Notes: generated by a model from the sequence alone, not told the origin. A stretch of DNA of 45,260 nt from Bacillota bacterium (GCA_022707005.1 JAKJBL010000005.1:1-45260), one strand, 5' to 3'. Numbered from the stretch's first letter, positions 7,904 to 17,339 are shown. Program-made: numbers and translations.

Positions 7904-9316
7904 TCACAGACTGCTATCGGGTATATTTTTGTTCTGTGCGTCTAACCACTTCAACCCCTCGCTTATATGCATTTTAACTGCCGCAGGGGCGGTTCCGCCC
8001 GGCAGACTCCTGCCGTTTATGCATGCTTCGAGCGTTATTTCATTGTAAATATCCTCTTCAAAGGTCGATGAAAACAATTTGAACTCTTCAAGCGTAAGCG
8101 CTTCTATTGCCTTTTCGTGTTCAATGCAGTAAAGAACCATTTTGCCGATTGCTTCATGCGCTTCTCGAAAGGGCACGCCTTTTTTTGAAAGATAGTCTGC
8201 AGCATCGGTTGCATTTATAAAGCCTCGTTGTGCGCTATCATACATTTTATGCGTATTAAATCGCAGCGTCGCAAACATCTTGAGGAAAACTTCAAGGCAG
8301 TTGTTGACTGTATTCATTGCATCAAAAACAGCCTCCTTATCTTCCTGCATATCCTTATTATAAGCCAAAGGAAGCCCCTTCATTATTGTCAGCAGCGCAA
8401 ATAAGTCCCCATATACCCTGCCAGTTTTGCCGCGAATTAGCTCTGCTGCATCCGGGTTCTTTTTTTGTGGCATTATTGAAGACCCCGTAGAGTATGCTTC
8501 GTCAATATCAACGAAACCGAATTCGTCTGTGCTCCAAAGAATGAGTTCTTCGCAAAAGCGTGAAAGATGCATCATTATTATTGAAGCGCAGCTTGCATAT
8601 TCAATACAAAAATCCCTGTCGCTTACAGCATCAATGCTGTTGCGAGTTATGCCTGAAAAACCAAGCGCTTGTTTTACGGACTCCCTATCAAGCGGGTACG
8701 TGCTGCCTGCAAGCGCTCCTGAGCCAAGCGGCATACTGTCCATACGGCTTTTGCAGCTGTAAAGCCGCTCAACATCTCGCCTGAACATTTCAAAATATGC
8801 CATTAGATAATGCGCAAGTGAAATTGGCTGCGCTTTTTGCATATGTGTATACCCGGGCATTATTGTATTCAAGTAGGTTTGTGCGGTATGCAGCAGCGCT
8901 TCTTCAAGCTTGAACAAGCGTTGTATAGTCTCATTTGCTCCTTTAATGAGATATATGCGGCAGTCAAGCGCAACCTGGTCATTACGGCTTCGGCCTGTAT
9001 GAAGGCGCTTGCCGGCATCTCCTATGCGTTGAGTCAGCAAAGATTCAATAAACATGTGGATATCTTCGTCTGAAGATGAAAACACGATTTTTCCTTCTTC
9101 GAAACTTGCCAATATCCTTTGAAGCTCTTCAGTAATAGCTGCTGCATCTTCTCGGCTTATTATACCTTGCGCAGCGAGCATTTTTGCGTGTGCTGCCGAG
9201 CCCATGATATCTTCACGTATCATTCGTGAATCAACATCAATAGAGGAATGGAAATCATCTATAGAAGAAGATTTTGTAAAGCGGCCGCTCCAAAGCTTGT
9301 TTGACTTATTGCTCAT
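7904..9316 (-). CDS. argH: Argininosuccinate lyase
   Basis: 470 aa. Fumarate-lyase signature GSSIMPQKKNPD, N-terminal KLWSGRF, AAGGAG RBS. Confidence 0.95.
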   Translation of the reverse strand: MSNKSNKLWSGRFTKSSSIDDFHSSIDVDSRMIREDIMGSAAHAKMLAAQGIISREDAAAITEELQRILASFEEGKIVFSSSDEDIHMFIESLLTQRIGDAGKRLHTGRSRNDQVALDCRIYLIKGANETIQRLFKLEEALLHTAQTYLNTIMPGYTHMQKAQPISLAHYLMAYFEMFRRDVERLYSCKSRMDSMPLGSGALAGSTYPLDRESVKQALGFSGITRNSIDAVSDRDFCIEYASCASIIMMHLSRFCEELILWSTDEFGFVDIDEAYSTGSSIMPQKKNPDAAELIRGKTGRVYGDLFALLTIMKGLPLAYNKDMQEDKEAVFDAMNTVNNCLEVFLKMFATLRFNTHKMYDSAQRGFINATDAADYLSKKGVPFREAHEAIGKMVLYCIEHEKAIEALTLEEFKLFSSTFEEDIYNEITLEACINGRSLPGGTAPAAVKMHISEGLKWLDAQNKNIPDSSL

Positions 9317-9361
9317 TTATTGCTCCTTAATTCAAGCCAGTTGCATATAAACAGGATTGGA

Positions 9362-10567
9362 CTATTTTAATGTCTGCTCCATAAGCGCGCGCACTTTTAA
9401 AGGGAGACCAAACAGATTTATAAAACCTTCCGCATCTTTTTGGTTGTAGATTTCGTCCTTTTCAAAAGTGGCAAGGTCAGGGTTATATAAACTGAATGCG
9501 CTTTTCACGCCAGCAGGATAAGCTTTGCCTTTATAGAGCTTAAGCCGCGAAATGCCGGTTGTGTTTTGCTGCATCACATCAACCATTGCATCCATTGACT
9601 CGCGCAGCGGCGTATACCATTTGCCGTCATAAACAAGTTCCGCGTATCTTATTGCCATTTGATGCTTGTAATGCATTGTGTCTCTGTCGAGAGTCAGCAT
9701 TTCTAAGTTTGCCAGCGCATCATAGAGTATGGTTCCTCCGGGGTTTTCATAAACGCCTCTGCATTTAATGCCCACGAGTCGGTTTTCTACTAAATCGTCT
9801 ATTCCTATTCCGTGTTTTGCGCCAATCTCATTGCATTTAGCTACAAGCTCAACTGGGGAGAGCAAATTTCTGTTAATTGAAACAGGGGTGCCCTTTTCGA
9901 AGCCTATTTCAATATACTCAGGAGTTTCAGGCGCACACTCAGGAGCCGTGTTTATCAAATAAAGGTTCTTTTGGGGTTCATTCCAAGGGTCTTCTAAATC
10001 TAACCCCTCATGTGAAAGATGCCAAAGATTTCTATCCATGCTGTATGATTCTTCAGCGCTAAACTGAAGCTGTATGTGCTTTTGCTTTGCATATAAAATC
10101 TCATCGCTCCGGCTTTTAAGATTCCACATTCTCCAGGGGGCAATGATTTTTACCTGAGGGGCCAGTGCTTTAATTGTAAGCTCAAAACGTACCTGGTCGT
10201 TCCCTTTGCCTGTTGCGCCATGTGCAATTGCTGTGCAGCCTTCCATCTTTGCGATTTCTACAAGGCGCTTAGCAATACATGGCCGTGCGGTTGCTGTGCC
10301 CAACAGGTACTTATTCTCATACTTAGCCCCTGCGCGTAAGGTAGGGTAAGCAAAGTCTTTAATGAACTCCTCCTTCGCATCTTCGATATAGAGTTTGCTC
10401 GCACCTGTTTTAAGTGCTTTTTCATTAAGGGGAGCAAGTTCCTCCCCCTGCCCGACATCAACAGCAACTGCGATAACTTCGCACTCAAAATTCTCTTTTA
10501 ACCATGGAATTATTACAGATGTATCCAACCCACCTGAATAAGCAAGCGCTATTCTTTCTTTGGACAT
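9362..10567 (-). CDS. argG: Argininosuccinate synthase
   Basis: [12 protein letters not shown]-binding motif and [13 protein letters not shown]. Start moved to [13 protein letters not shown] (10567), which follows GAGGAGG. Confidence 0.95.
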   Translation of the reverse strand: MSKERIALAYSGGLDTSVIIPWLKENFECEVIAVAVDVGQGEELAPLNEKALKTGASKLYIEDAKEEFIKDFAYPTLRAGAKYENKYLLGTATARPCIAKRLVEIAKMEGCTAIAHGATGKGNDQVRFELTIKALAPQVKIIAPWRMWNLKSRSDEILYAKQKHIQLQFSAEESYSMDRNLWHLSHEGLDLEDPWNEPQKNLYLINTAPECAPETPEYIEIGFEKGTPVSINRNLLSPVELVAKCNEIGAKHGIGIDDLVENRLVGIKCRGVYENPGGTILYDALANLEMLTLDRDTMHYKHQMAIRYAELVYDGKWYTPLRESMDAMVDVMQQNTTGISRLKLYKGKAYPAGVKSAFSLYNPDLATFEKDEIYNQKDAEGFINLFGLPLKVRALMEQTLK

Positions 10568-10584
10568 AGGGTGCCTCCTCGAAT

Positions 10585-10629
10585 TGCATAGTAATGCACA
10601 CACAATACACTATTGTGAATAAATATGCA
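10585..10629 (-). promoter_or_regulatory. Two ARG-box-like palindromes (candidate ArgR/AhrC operators) overlapping the argG promoter
   Basis: TGCATAGTAATGCA (10585-10598; perfect TGCAT/ATGCA half-sites) and TGAATAAATATGCA (10616-10629; 1 mismatch to TGAATwwwwATTCA). Candidate argG promoter on the minus strand: TTGCAT (rc of 10625-10630), 17 nt, TATTGT (rc of 10602-10607). Confidence 0.5.
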
Positions 10630-10650
10630 ATATTAAATTCATAATCAGGC

Positions 10651-10679
10651 TTGACAAACATTCTTTTTTTCAATATACT
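10651..10679 (+). promoter_or_regulatory. Sigma-A promoter of the infC-rpmI-rplT operon
   Basis: TTGACA (10651-10656), 17 nt, TATACT (10674-10679). Confidence 0.7.
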
Positions 10680-10685
10680 TACGCC

Positions 10686-10790
10686 ATTAAAGCAGAAGCA
10701 CCCGCTTCTCACCTGCCGGCTCAGCCAGGCATGGTCATACAATCGGTAAATCGAGTGTACTAGTGGGCGCTTTGCGCTCACTTTCTTTTT
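10686..10790 (+). ncRNA. infC leader with intrinsic attenuator (L20-leader-type autoregulatory element)
   Basis: About 105-nt leader between the promoter and the infC SD. It ends in the hairpin GTGGGCGC-TTT-GCGCTCAC (10763-10781; 8 bp with one G.U) followed by TTTCTTTTT (10782-10790). Position matches the Firmicute L20 leader upstream of infC. Confidence 0.55.
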
Positions 10791-10832
10791 GGGCGCATAA
10801 GCTTAAATAATATTTAATTGTGGAGGTGTTTC

Positions 10833-11345
10833 ATTATCAGCAGCCAGGATCTAATGATCAACGGGGAGATTCGGGATCGTGAGGTTAGACTCATCGATGA
10901 AAATGGCGGGCAGTTAGGCATTGTTGAAAACCAGGTCGCTCAAGCGCTTGCCGAAGACAGGGGACTGGATCTCGTTAAAATCGCGCCGCAGGCTAACCCG
11001 CCTGTTTGTAAGCTTATGGATTATGGTAAATACCGCTTTGAGCTTTCCAAGCGCGAGAAGGAACAGCGCAAAAACCAGAAGATTGTAGAACTAAAAGAAG
11101 TGCGTCTCTCGGCGACCATAGATCAGCATGATTTGGAGGTAAAGGCTAAAAACTGCATAAAGTTTTTACAGCAGGGCGATAAAGTCAAAGTATCTATACG
11201 TTTTAGAGGCAGGCAAGCAACCCATGGGGAGATAGGCCTGCAAGTTATGGATGATTTTTATGAGCTCGTAAAGGCGCATGGATTAATCGACCGTCCCGCA
11301 AAGCAGGAAGGGCGAAATATGTTCATGGTACTAAACCCCCGTTGA
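10833..11345 (+). CDS. infC: Translation initiation factor IF-3, with a non-canonical ATT start
   Basis: GGAGGTG SD (10823-10829), then ATT at 10833. Reading from ATT gives (M)ISSQDLMINGEIRDREVRLIDENG, collinear with the Bacillus IF-3 N-terminus. The track's upstream TTG start lies inside the SD. Confidence 0.85.
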   Translation: MISSQDLMINGEIRDREVRLIDENGGQLGIVENQVAQALAEDRGLDLVKIAPQANPPVCKLMDYGKYRFELSKREKEQRKNQKIVELKEVRLSATIDQHDLEVKAKNCIKFLQQGDKVKVSIRFRGRQATHGEIGLQVMDDFYELVKAHGLIDRPAKQEGRNMFMVLNPR

Positions 11346-11386
11346 ATAACGGGGCAGTAATATAACCAGTAGGAGGAACTACCCCA

Positions 11387-11584
11387 ATGCCAAAGATTAA
11401 AACCCACAGGGGTGCGGCAAAACGCTTTAATTTAACTAAATCCGGAAGGATTAAGCGTAAGAAAGCGTTTAGAAACCACATCCTGACCAAAAAATCCACC
11501 AAACGTCTGCGCGGCCTTCGCAAAACCGGCTATATAGCTGCATGCGAAGAAAAAAAGGTTCGTGCTCTTATACCATATAAATAA
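11387..11584 (+). CDS. rpmI: 50S ribosomal protein L35
   Basis: [14 protein letters not shown]..., 65 aa, AGGAGG SD. Confidence 0.95.
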   Translation: MPKIKTHRGAAKRFNLTKSGRIKRKKAFRNHILTKKSTKRLRGLRKTGYIAACEEKKVRALIPYK

Positions 11585-11598
11585 GGAGAGTTTTCACA

Positions 11599-11955
11599 AT
11601 GGCCAGAATTAAAAGAGCTGTAACCGCTTTAAAAAAGCGCAGGAAAGTATTTAAGCTTGCAAAAGGTTACTATGGTGCAAAAAGCAAGCAATATCGCAGC
11701 GCATCTCAGCAGGTAATGAAATCATTATCATACGCTTATGTTGGGCGCAAACAGAAGAAGCGCGAGTATCGCAAGCTTTGGATTGCGCGCATAAATGCAG
11801 GCGCCAGGCTTAATGGTACTACATACAGCCGACTGATAAACGGTCTGAAACTTGCTGGAGTCGATATAAACCGAAAAGTACTTGCCGATTTAGCAATTAC
11901 AGATATGCAGGCCTTTAAAGAGCTTGTAGGAGTGGCAATGGCTGCTCGGTCATAA
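11599..11955 (+). CDS. rplT: 50S ribosomal protein L20
   Basis: [26 protein letters not shown]..., 118 aa, AAGGAG SD. Confidence 0.95.
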   Translation: MARIKRAVTALKKRRKVFKLAKGYYGAKSKQYRSASQQVMKSLSYAYVGRKQKKREYRKLWIARINAGARLNGTTYSRLINGLKLAGVDINRKVLADLAITDMQAFKELVGVAMAARS

Positions 11956-11961
11956 CTTAAT

Positions 11962-12006
11962 AAGAGCGGCTTTTTTAGAAAGATAAAAGTCGCTCTTTCT
12001 TTTTTG
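11962..12006 (+). terminator. Intrinsic terminator after rplT
   Basis: AAGAGCGGCTTTT (11962-11974) pairs with AAAAGTCGCTCTT (11985-11997): 13 bp with one G.U and a 10-nt loop, followed by TCTTTTTTGG. Confidence 0.75.
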
Positions 12007-12020
12007 GAGACAATCATAAT

Positions 12021-12803
12021 ATGCGCATAGAAAGCCGAAGCAACGAAATCATAAAACGCGTTCGGAGTCTGTCAAGCCGAAAGGGCAGGCAGGAGCAGGG
12101 CATGCATCTTGCGGAAGGATACAAGCTTGTTCAGGAGGCGCTTTCTTCGCGCATGACGATTACCCAAGCCTTCATTGAAGATGGAAGCGAAGGCAGTGAA
12201 CTTGAGGTTGCCCTTGCTGAAAGCGGGTCAAATGTATACACTGTCTCTAAACATGTAATGGAGGCAATTTGTCAAACTAAGACGCCCCAGTGGGTATGTG
12301 CTGTTGTAAAGACGCCAAAAACAGAGTTTCCCTCACATACTCCGCAGCAAGGTATGCTCATAGCTCTGGATACAATCCAAGACCCGGGAAATCTCGGGAC
12401 CATTATACGCACTGCGGATGCTATGGGCGCAAAGGGCGTGCTGCTATCTGAAGGATGTGCAGATGCATATTCACCAAAGAGCATCCGTTCGGCTATGGGT
12501 TCAACTTACCATATCCCTCTGTGGAGGGTAGGGCTAAAAGAAGCGCTGCAAAAGCTGCATATAGACGGGTATTGCTGCATATGCGGACATTTGCAGGGGC
12601 AGGAGGCGTTGCCGCATCTTACTGACAGATGTGTAATCGTCATCGGCAACGAAGGTAGCGGTGTAGCAGAGGTAATCGCTGCACTATGCGTACCTGTACG
12701 CCTTCCTATCTATGGGAGGGCGGAATCACTTAATGCATCAGTAGCAGCCGGTATTCTGATGTATGAGGTGGCAAAAGCGATGCACGAACACAAAAAGTCG
12801 TAG
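12021..12803 (+). CDS. TrmH/SpoU-family RNA 2'-O-methyltransferase
   Basis: 260 aa. SpoU motifs LDTIQDPGNLGTIIRTA, VIVIGNEGSGV and ESLNASVAAGILMYE. Same position as ysgA-like genes downstream of rplT in Firmicutes. Confidence 0.85.
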   Translation: MRIESRSNEIIKRVRSLSSRKGRQEQGMHLAEGYKLVQEALSSRMTITQAFIEDGSEGSELEVALAESGSNVYTVSKHVMEAICQTKTPQWVCAVVKTPKTEFPSHTPQQGMLIALDTIQDPGNLGTIIRTADAMGAKGVLLSEGCADAYSPKSIRSAMGSTYHIPLWRVGLKEALQKLHIDGYCCICGHLQGQEALPHLTDRCVIVIGNEGSGVAEVIAALCVPVRLPIYGRAESLNASVAAGILMYEVAKAMHEHKKS

Positions 12804-12817
12804 GAGGAAAGTATATC

Positions 12818-13852
12818 ATGCAAAAACAAAAGCCTGAAGGCGGCGGCCTTATAAGAAAGGCCTGCCGACGTTACTTTGTTGACGCAATGAGCGCAATGGC
12901 ACTTGGTCTGTTCTCATCTTTAATAATTGGCCTGATACTGGCTCAGCTTGCAAACATTTCTTTTTTAGCGTGGCTGCAGCCGTTTGCCCAAATTGTCAAC
13001 TCTACATCCCCGGTTGTTGGGGCTGCAATAGGCATAGCTATTGCATACGGCCTTAAAACTAAGCCGCTTGTTATGTTTTCTTCTTCTGTAACTGGAGCAA
13101 TCGGGTACCACTTCGGCGGTCCTGTAGGCGCATATATTTCTGCAATTGTTGGTGCAGAACTTGGAGGTTTAATCTCGGGCAAAACGCCGGTAGATATTGT
13201 TCTTGTGCCTGCGCTGACAATAATTTCAGGCGGGCTGGCAGGTTCCTTTGTCGGCCCTGCTATAAGCGCGCTGATGACAGGGCTTGGAAATTTTATAAAC
13301 GAAGCAACTTATTTGCTGCCAATCCCAATGGGGATTGTTATTAGCACAGTAATGGGCATGATTTTAACTGCGCCTATAAGCTCTGCAGCAATTAGCATAT
13401 CGCTTGGGCTTAACGGGCTTGCAGCCGGTGCTGCATGTGTTGGCTGCTCAACGCAAATGATTGGTTTTGCAGTCGCCTCGTATCGCGAAAATAAGATGGG
13501 CGGCCTCCTAAGTCAGGGGCTTGGAACATCAATGCTTCAATTTGGCAATATTCTTAAAAGACCTGCTATTTGGATTCCGCCTACACTTGCATCAGCAATA
13601 CTTGGCCCGATTTCTACTGCTGTTTTTAAAATGACCAATAATTCAATGGGTGCGGGTATGGGTACGAGCGGCTTGGTAGGGCAGTTTGGCGCGTGGGCTT
13701 CAATGCAGCTTAGTATGCCGCCTTTAAAAATAATGGGTTTAATTCTCCTCATGCATTTTATACTTCCGGCGCTGCTTGTGTTCTTAATTAGCGAGCTGCT
13801 GCGAAAACTCGGGTGGATTCGCCTGGGGGATATGCAGCTTACGCTAAAATAG
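12818..13852 (+). CDS. Polytopic membrane protein resembling PTS EIIC (PTS_EIIC_2-type), orphan
   Basis: 344 aa with about 10 Gly/Ala-rich TM segments. The N-terminal FVDAMSAMALGLFSSLIIGLIL pattern recalls the EIIC_2 family (from memory only). GGAGGA SD 14 nt after the trmH-family stop. Confidence 0.6.
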   Translation: MQKQKPEGGGLIRKACRRYFVDAMSAMALGLFSSLIIGLILAQLANISFLAWLQPFAQIVNSTSPVVGAAIGIAIAYGLKTKPLVMFSSSVTGAIGYHFGGPVGAYISAIVGAELGGLISGKTPVDIVLVPALTIISGGLAGSFVGPAISALMTGLGNFINEATYLLPIPMGIVISTVMGMILTAPISSAAISISLGLNGLAAGAACVGCSTQMIGFAVASYRENKMGGLLSQGLGTSMLQFGNILKRPAIWIPPTLASAILGPISTAVFKMTNNSMGAGMGTSGLVGQFGAWASMQLSMPPLKIMGLILLMHFILPALLVFLISELLRKLGWIRLGDMQLTLK

Positions 13853-14006
13853 CATGGGATGAAAACTTTTTGAACCAAAGAAAACTCAAACTTGATTGCA
13901 GGAATTAAGTTTGAAATACAGAATACTATATATAATCTTTGCAGACTTACACGATATGTTTTTGTTTTGGTTTTACTTTTAGAATAACTTAGAAAGGAGC
14001 AGTGCA

Positions 14007-14681
14007 ATGGATCACCGTTATGTGCCGGAACTTGAAGGTACTTTGCGCAGCCACATGATAAAAGTCCCCGAAATCATAAATCAAGCAACTGGTATCAGTA
14101 TTTTCGGCAAATTAATCAGGTCGCTGGCTTTTTCAACTGATGTTGCAATAATTAAAAATATCAATGCTAATGCCATTATTGCCGTTTATCCTTTTACACC
14201 ACAACCTGCAATAACGCACGCTATTATGACTGTAGCTGATGTGCCTGTTTTTTGTGGAGTTGGCGGGGGTATTACTGGGGGGCGCAGAACGCTCAACATT
14301 GCGCAGGACGCCGAATTTCAAGGAGCAATGGGCGTTGTGGTAAACGCGCCAACTCCAAACGAAACTATTGAAGGTCTTAAGCGTGTTATTGATATCCCGG
14401 TTGTAGTTACGGTTGTTTCAGAGCATACAGATATTAGAGCGCGCTTAGAAGCAGGAACGGATATTTTTAATGTATCAGGGGGGCCGAATACAGCAAGCAT
14501 TGTAAAACAAATAAGAAACGAGTTCCCATATGTTCCAATTATTGCAACAGGTGGAATAACGTCAGACAGCATTACCTTAACAATTGAAGCAGGTGCTAAT
14601 GCAATAACCTATACGCCTCCGGCACAAGCACAGCTTCTGCGGGGCATAATGGAAAAATATCGCAGTCAGTGGGATGATTGA
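14007..14681 (+). CDS. Uncharacterised phosphate-binding (beta/alpha)8-barrel-like protein
   Basis: 224 aa. Alternating beta/alpha pattern with VFCGVGGG and PIIATGGI Gly-rich loops, typical of ribulose-phosphate-binding barrels (NanE/ThiG/HisA-like). AAAGGAG SD. Confidence 0.55.
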   Translation: MDHRYVPELEGTLRSHMIKVPEIINQATGISIFGKLIRSLAFSTDVAIIKNINANAIIAVYPFTPQPAITHAIMTVADVPVFCGVGGGITGGRRTLNIAQDAEFQGAMGVVVNAPTPNETIEGLKRVIDIPVVVTVVSEHTDIRARLEAGTDIFNVSGGPNTASIVKQIRNEFPYVPIIATGGITSDSITLTIEAGANAITYTPPAQAQLLRGIMEKYRSQWDD

Positions 14682-14702
14682 TAACAGTTTAAATTTAGCA
14701 CG

Positions 14703-14734
14703 AAAGCCCTGCGCAGCAGGGCTTTGTGTCTTTT
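14703..14734. terminator. Hairpin terminator shared by convergent genes
   Basis: AAAGCCCTG-CGCAG-CAGGGCTTT (14703-14725; perfect 9-bp stem) followed by GTGTCTTTT on the plus strand. Lies between the converging ends of the 14007-14681 gene and the small minus-strand ORF. Confidence 0.75.
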
Positions 14735-14741
14735 GAAGATA

Positions 14742-14900
14742 TTACAAATGGTTCTCGTCCACGCTTTCTTTTGCCAGCTCTATGGCTTCTTCTGAAGGAT
14801 TTACAACATTCGTAATATCATCGAGGTTAACATATTCGAGAAGAGAATATGTGGCATAGGTACGCTTCCTTTGACCTTTGTTCATTTTTCTGTTTTTCAT
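14742..14900 (-). CDS. Small hypothetical protein (52 aa; below the ORF-track cutoff)
   Basis: MKNRKMNKGQRKRTYATYSLLEYVNLDDITNVVNPSEEAIELAKESVDENHL. ATG preceded by TAGGAGAC with a ~9-nt spacer; ends at the hairpin terminator. Basic N-terminus, acidic C-terminus. No family recognised. Confidence 0.4.
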   Translation of the reverse strand: MKNRKMNKGQRKRTYATYSLLEYVNLDDITNVVNPSEEAIELAKESVDENHL

Positions 14901-14997
14901 GCTTAAAGTCTCCTAAGTAGTGTTCAGTTTAGTATTTGCGTGCTGTATGATGTTGATGCAAAAAATAGGCATAGCAAAAAGGCATCGTTTAACAAGC

Positions 14998-15026
14998 TTG
15001 ATAAATATATAACAAAATTCTATATA
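14998..15026 (+). promoter_or_regulatory. Candidate sigma-A promoter of the V-ATPase operon
   Basis: TTGATA (14998-15003), 17 nt, TATATA (15021-15026, overlapping TATAAT). A second candidate, TTGCTC-17-TAAAAT, lies about 40 nt downstream. Confidence 0.4.
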
Positions 15027-15108
15027 ATTAACCATATCTCTTGCTCAAAATTGGTTTATATATTAAAATAACAACAATTGTGCATATCCTAAGCAGGAGG
15101 TAAGTGTT

Positions 15109-15420
15109 TTGCCGTCCATAGTAGAGAGGATTACTGCTGCAGAAGACCAGGCTTTAACAATAAAGCGTGAGGCTGCAGTATCGATGCGTGAGGCTATTGC
15201 AGCCGCTAATCTTGAAGCCCAGAAGCATCTTTCGAAAACTTCCGAAAACGCCCGTCAAAAATATGCAGAAGCCGAAGCTGCGGCACAGGCTGAAGGTAAA
15301 GCGCTTGGGGCTGAGATTATAACTAGGCAAACAGCTCTTGCTGATGAGTACTGCCTAGAAGCAGGCAGGCGTTTGAATGAAGCTGTCGCACATATACTCG
15401 AAAGGGTTACAGAACTATGA
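15109..15420 (+). CDS. V-type ATPase small peripheral-stalk subunit (G/H-like)
   Basis: 103-aa Ala/Glu-rich coiled-coil protein at the first position of the ntp-type operon. TTG start 8 nt after GGAGG (15096-15100). Confidence 0.7.
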   Translation: MPSIVERITAAEDQALTIKREAAVSMREAIAAANLEAQKHLSKTSENARQKYAEAEAAAQAEGKALGAEIITRQTALADEYCLEAGRRLNEAVAHILERVTEL

Positions 15421-17339
15421 TAGTCCCCATGAAGCGGTTAACGCTCATTGCCCTTAAAAAGGATGAGGAGCGAATAATGCATGCGCTGCAAAGGCTTGCT
15501 GCAATAGAGCTTATCTCAAGTGCAGAAGCTAGACCAACAGACGGAACCCTTGAAAAACTCGAAGAAAACGTTCAGCATCTGCATTCGTCAATCGCTTTGC
15601 TTTCGTGTTATTCTGAAAAGTCACGTATGGGTCCAAAACCCGAATTCGAAGAAGGTGAGCTTGCTGGGTGTCTGCCCACTTCGCTTGAACTAAGTGAAAG
15701 CGCGGAAAGGCTTGAGCGGGAGCTTGCTTCAGCACGCGCTGAAATAGATAAACGCTGCGCGCTCATAGAATCGCTTAGCCCGTGGGAGGGGCTCAACTCA
15801 AGAATCGAACAATTACAGCCCACAAATAATGTTCGATTCATATATGGGCTTTTAGAGCAGGCCGACCTTGACAAGCTTAGTTTCTCCGATGCAGCGATTG
15901 AAGTCTTTGGCGAAACCCATCGCAAAGCAATGCTTATTGCGTGCCATGCGGAGGATTATGAGGCATATCTCCGTGAACTAAAAGGCTTATCCTTTTCAGA
16001 ATATGAGTTTCCTAAGTTAATAGGAACGCCTTTAGAAAATATAAAAAGACTTGAGTCTGAAATCACTGATATTAAAAGCAGCGAAAAAAGAATTATATCT
16101 TCGCTTAATGACTGTGCCAGCGAGCTTACACAGCTAAGGCACGCATTTGATGCGGCAATTATAGCGCGCGATCGTGAAGCTGCAAAAGCCAGACTCTCTG
16201 CCACTTCAACTTCATTTATTCTTGAAGGCTGGATGCGCTCTGATGAAAAAGACAAGGTCTTTTCAGCGATATCTGCCATAACTGATGTATTTTATTTCGA
16301 AGAGCGTGACCCATTAGATGATGAAGAACCGCCAAGTGTAGTAAAAAACAATAAGCTTATTAAACCATTCGAAACCGTTACAAACCTGTATTCCAGACCT
16401 TCTCCTTCAGGAATTGACGGCACCCCGTATATGACGCCGTTTTATTTTCTGTTTTTTGGCATGATGCTCTCAGATACAGGTTATGGGCTTGTGCTGTTTT
16501 TAGGCTGTCTGCTTTTCTTAAAGTTTATGAAACCCAGCGGCATGACAGAAGGGATTGCAAAGGTGCTCTGCCTTGGAGGTATTTCAACAATTATTTGCGG
16601 CTTCTTTATAGGCACATTCTTTGGTATGGATTGGAACGATGTGTTTGGCACACCTGCAGGAACCTGGCCAATTCTTTTTGACCCGATGAATCAACCTATG
16701 CCAATGCTCTATTTGTGTTTCGGTCTTGGTCTGTTCCATATGCTTTCGGGTGTATGCATAAACATTTGGCGGACTCTTAAAAGCCGTGATTATGCAGCCG
16801 CGTTATTCGATAATTTTTCTTGGCTTATGATTGTGTTGGGGCTCCTGGTTTTTGGGTCGCCAAGCCTAATTGAGGGCGTACCGCCCGCGCTTGCTAAAGC
16901 AGGCCTTGCAGCAGCTGCGCTTGGAGGGGTTTTAGTCTTAGTATTTGCAGGGAGAGATAAAAAGAATATCTTAAAGCGTGCAATAAGCGGTGCGGGCAAG
17001 CTCTACGATATTTCAGGCTATTTAAGCGATATGCTTTCCTATGCGCGTGTTTTTGCTTTAGCCCTGTCAACAGGTGTTATTGCAAGCGTTATGAATATGC
17101 TTGTAGGTATGATCGGCGCTTCTTTGGGCGGGACTGTAATAGGCAAGATTATTGGGTTTATAATAATGGCTGCGTTATTGACATTCCTGCATGCATTTAG
17201 CATAGGCATCAATGTGTTAGGCTGTTTTGTACATTGTGCAAGGCTGCAGTATGTGGAGTTCTATGGCAGGTTCTATGATGCAGGCGGCAGACAATTTATA
17301 CCGCTTGGCTATTACCCGAGGTTCGTGAAGGTTAAATAG
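15417..17339 (+). CDS. ntpI: V-type ATPase subunit I (membrane a-subunit homologue)
   Basis: 640 aa. N-terminal cytoplasmic coiled-coil half and C-terminal ~7-TM half with the conserved SYARVFALALS region. ATG overlaps the upstream stop (ATGA). Confidence 0.92.
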   Translation: MIVPMKRLTLIALKKDEERIMHALQRLAAIELISSAEARPTDGTLEKLEENVQHLHSSIALLSCYSEKSRMGPKPEFEEGELAGCLPTSLELSESAERLERELASARAEIDKRCALIESLSPWEGLNSRIEQLQPTNNVRFIYGLLEQADLDKLSFSDAAIEVFGETHRKAMLIACHAEDYEAYLRELKGLSFSEYEFPKLIGTPLENIKRLESEITDIKSSEKRIISSLNDCASELTQLRHAFDAAIIARDREAAKARLSATSTSFILEGWMRSDEKDKVFSAISAITDVFYFEERDPLDDEEPPSVVKNNKLIKPFETVTNLYSRPSPSGIDGTPYMTPFYFLFFGMMLSDTGYGLVLFLGCLLFLKFMKPSGMTEGIAKVLCLGGISTIICGFFIGTFFGMDWNDVFGTPAGTWPILFDPMNQPMPMLYLCFGLGLFHMLSGVCINIWRTLKSRDYAAALFDNFSWLMIVLGLLVFGSPSLIEGVPPALAKAGLAAAALGGVLVLVFAGRDKKNILKRAISGAGKLYDISGYLSDMLSYARVFALALSTGVIASVMNMLVGMIGASLGGTVIGKIIGFIIMAALLTFLHAFSIGINVLGCFVHCARLQYVEFYGRFYDAGGRQFIPLGYYPRFVKVK

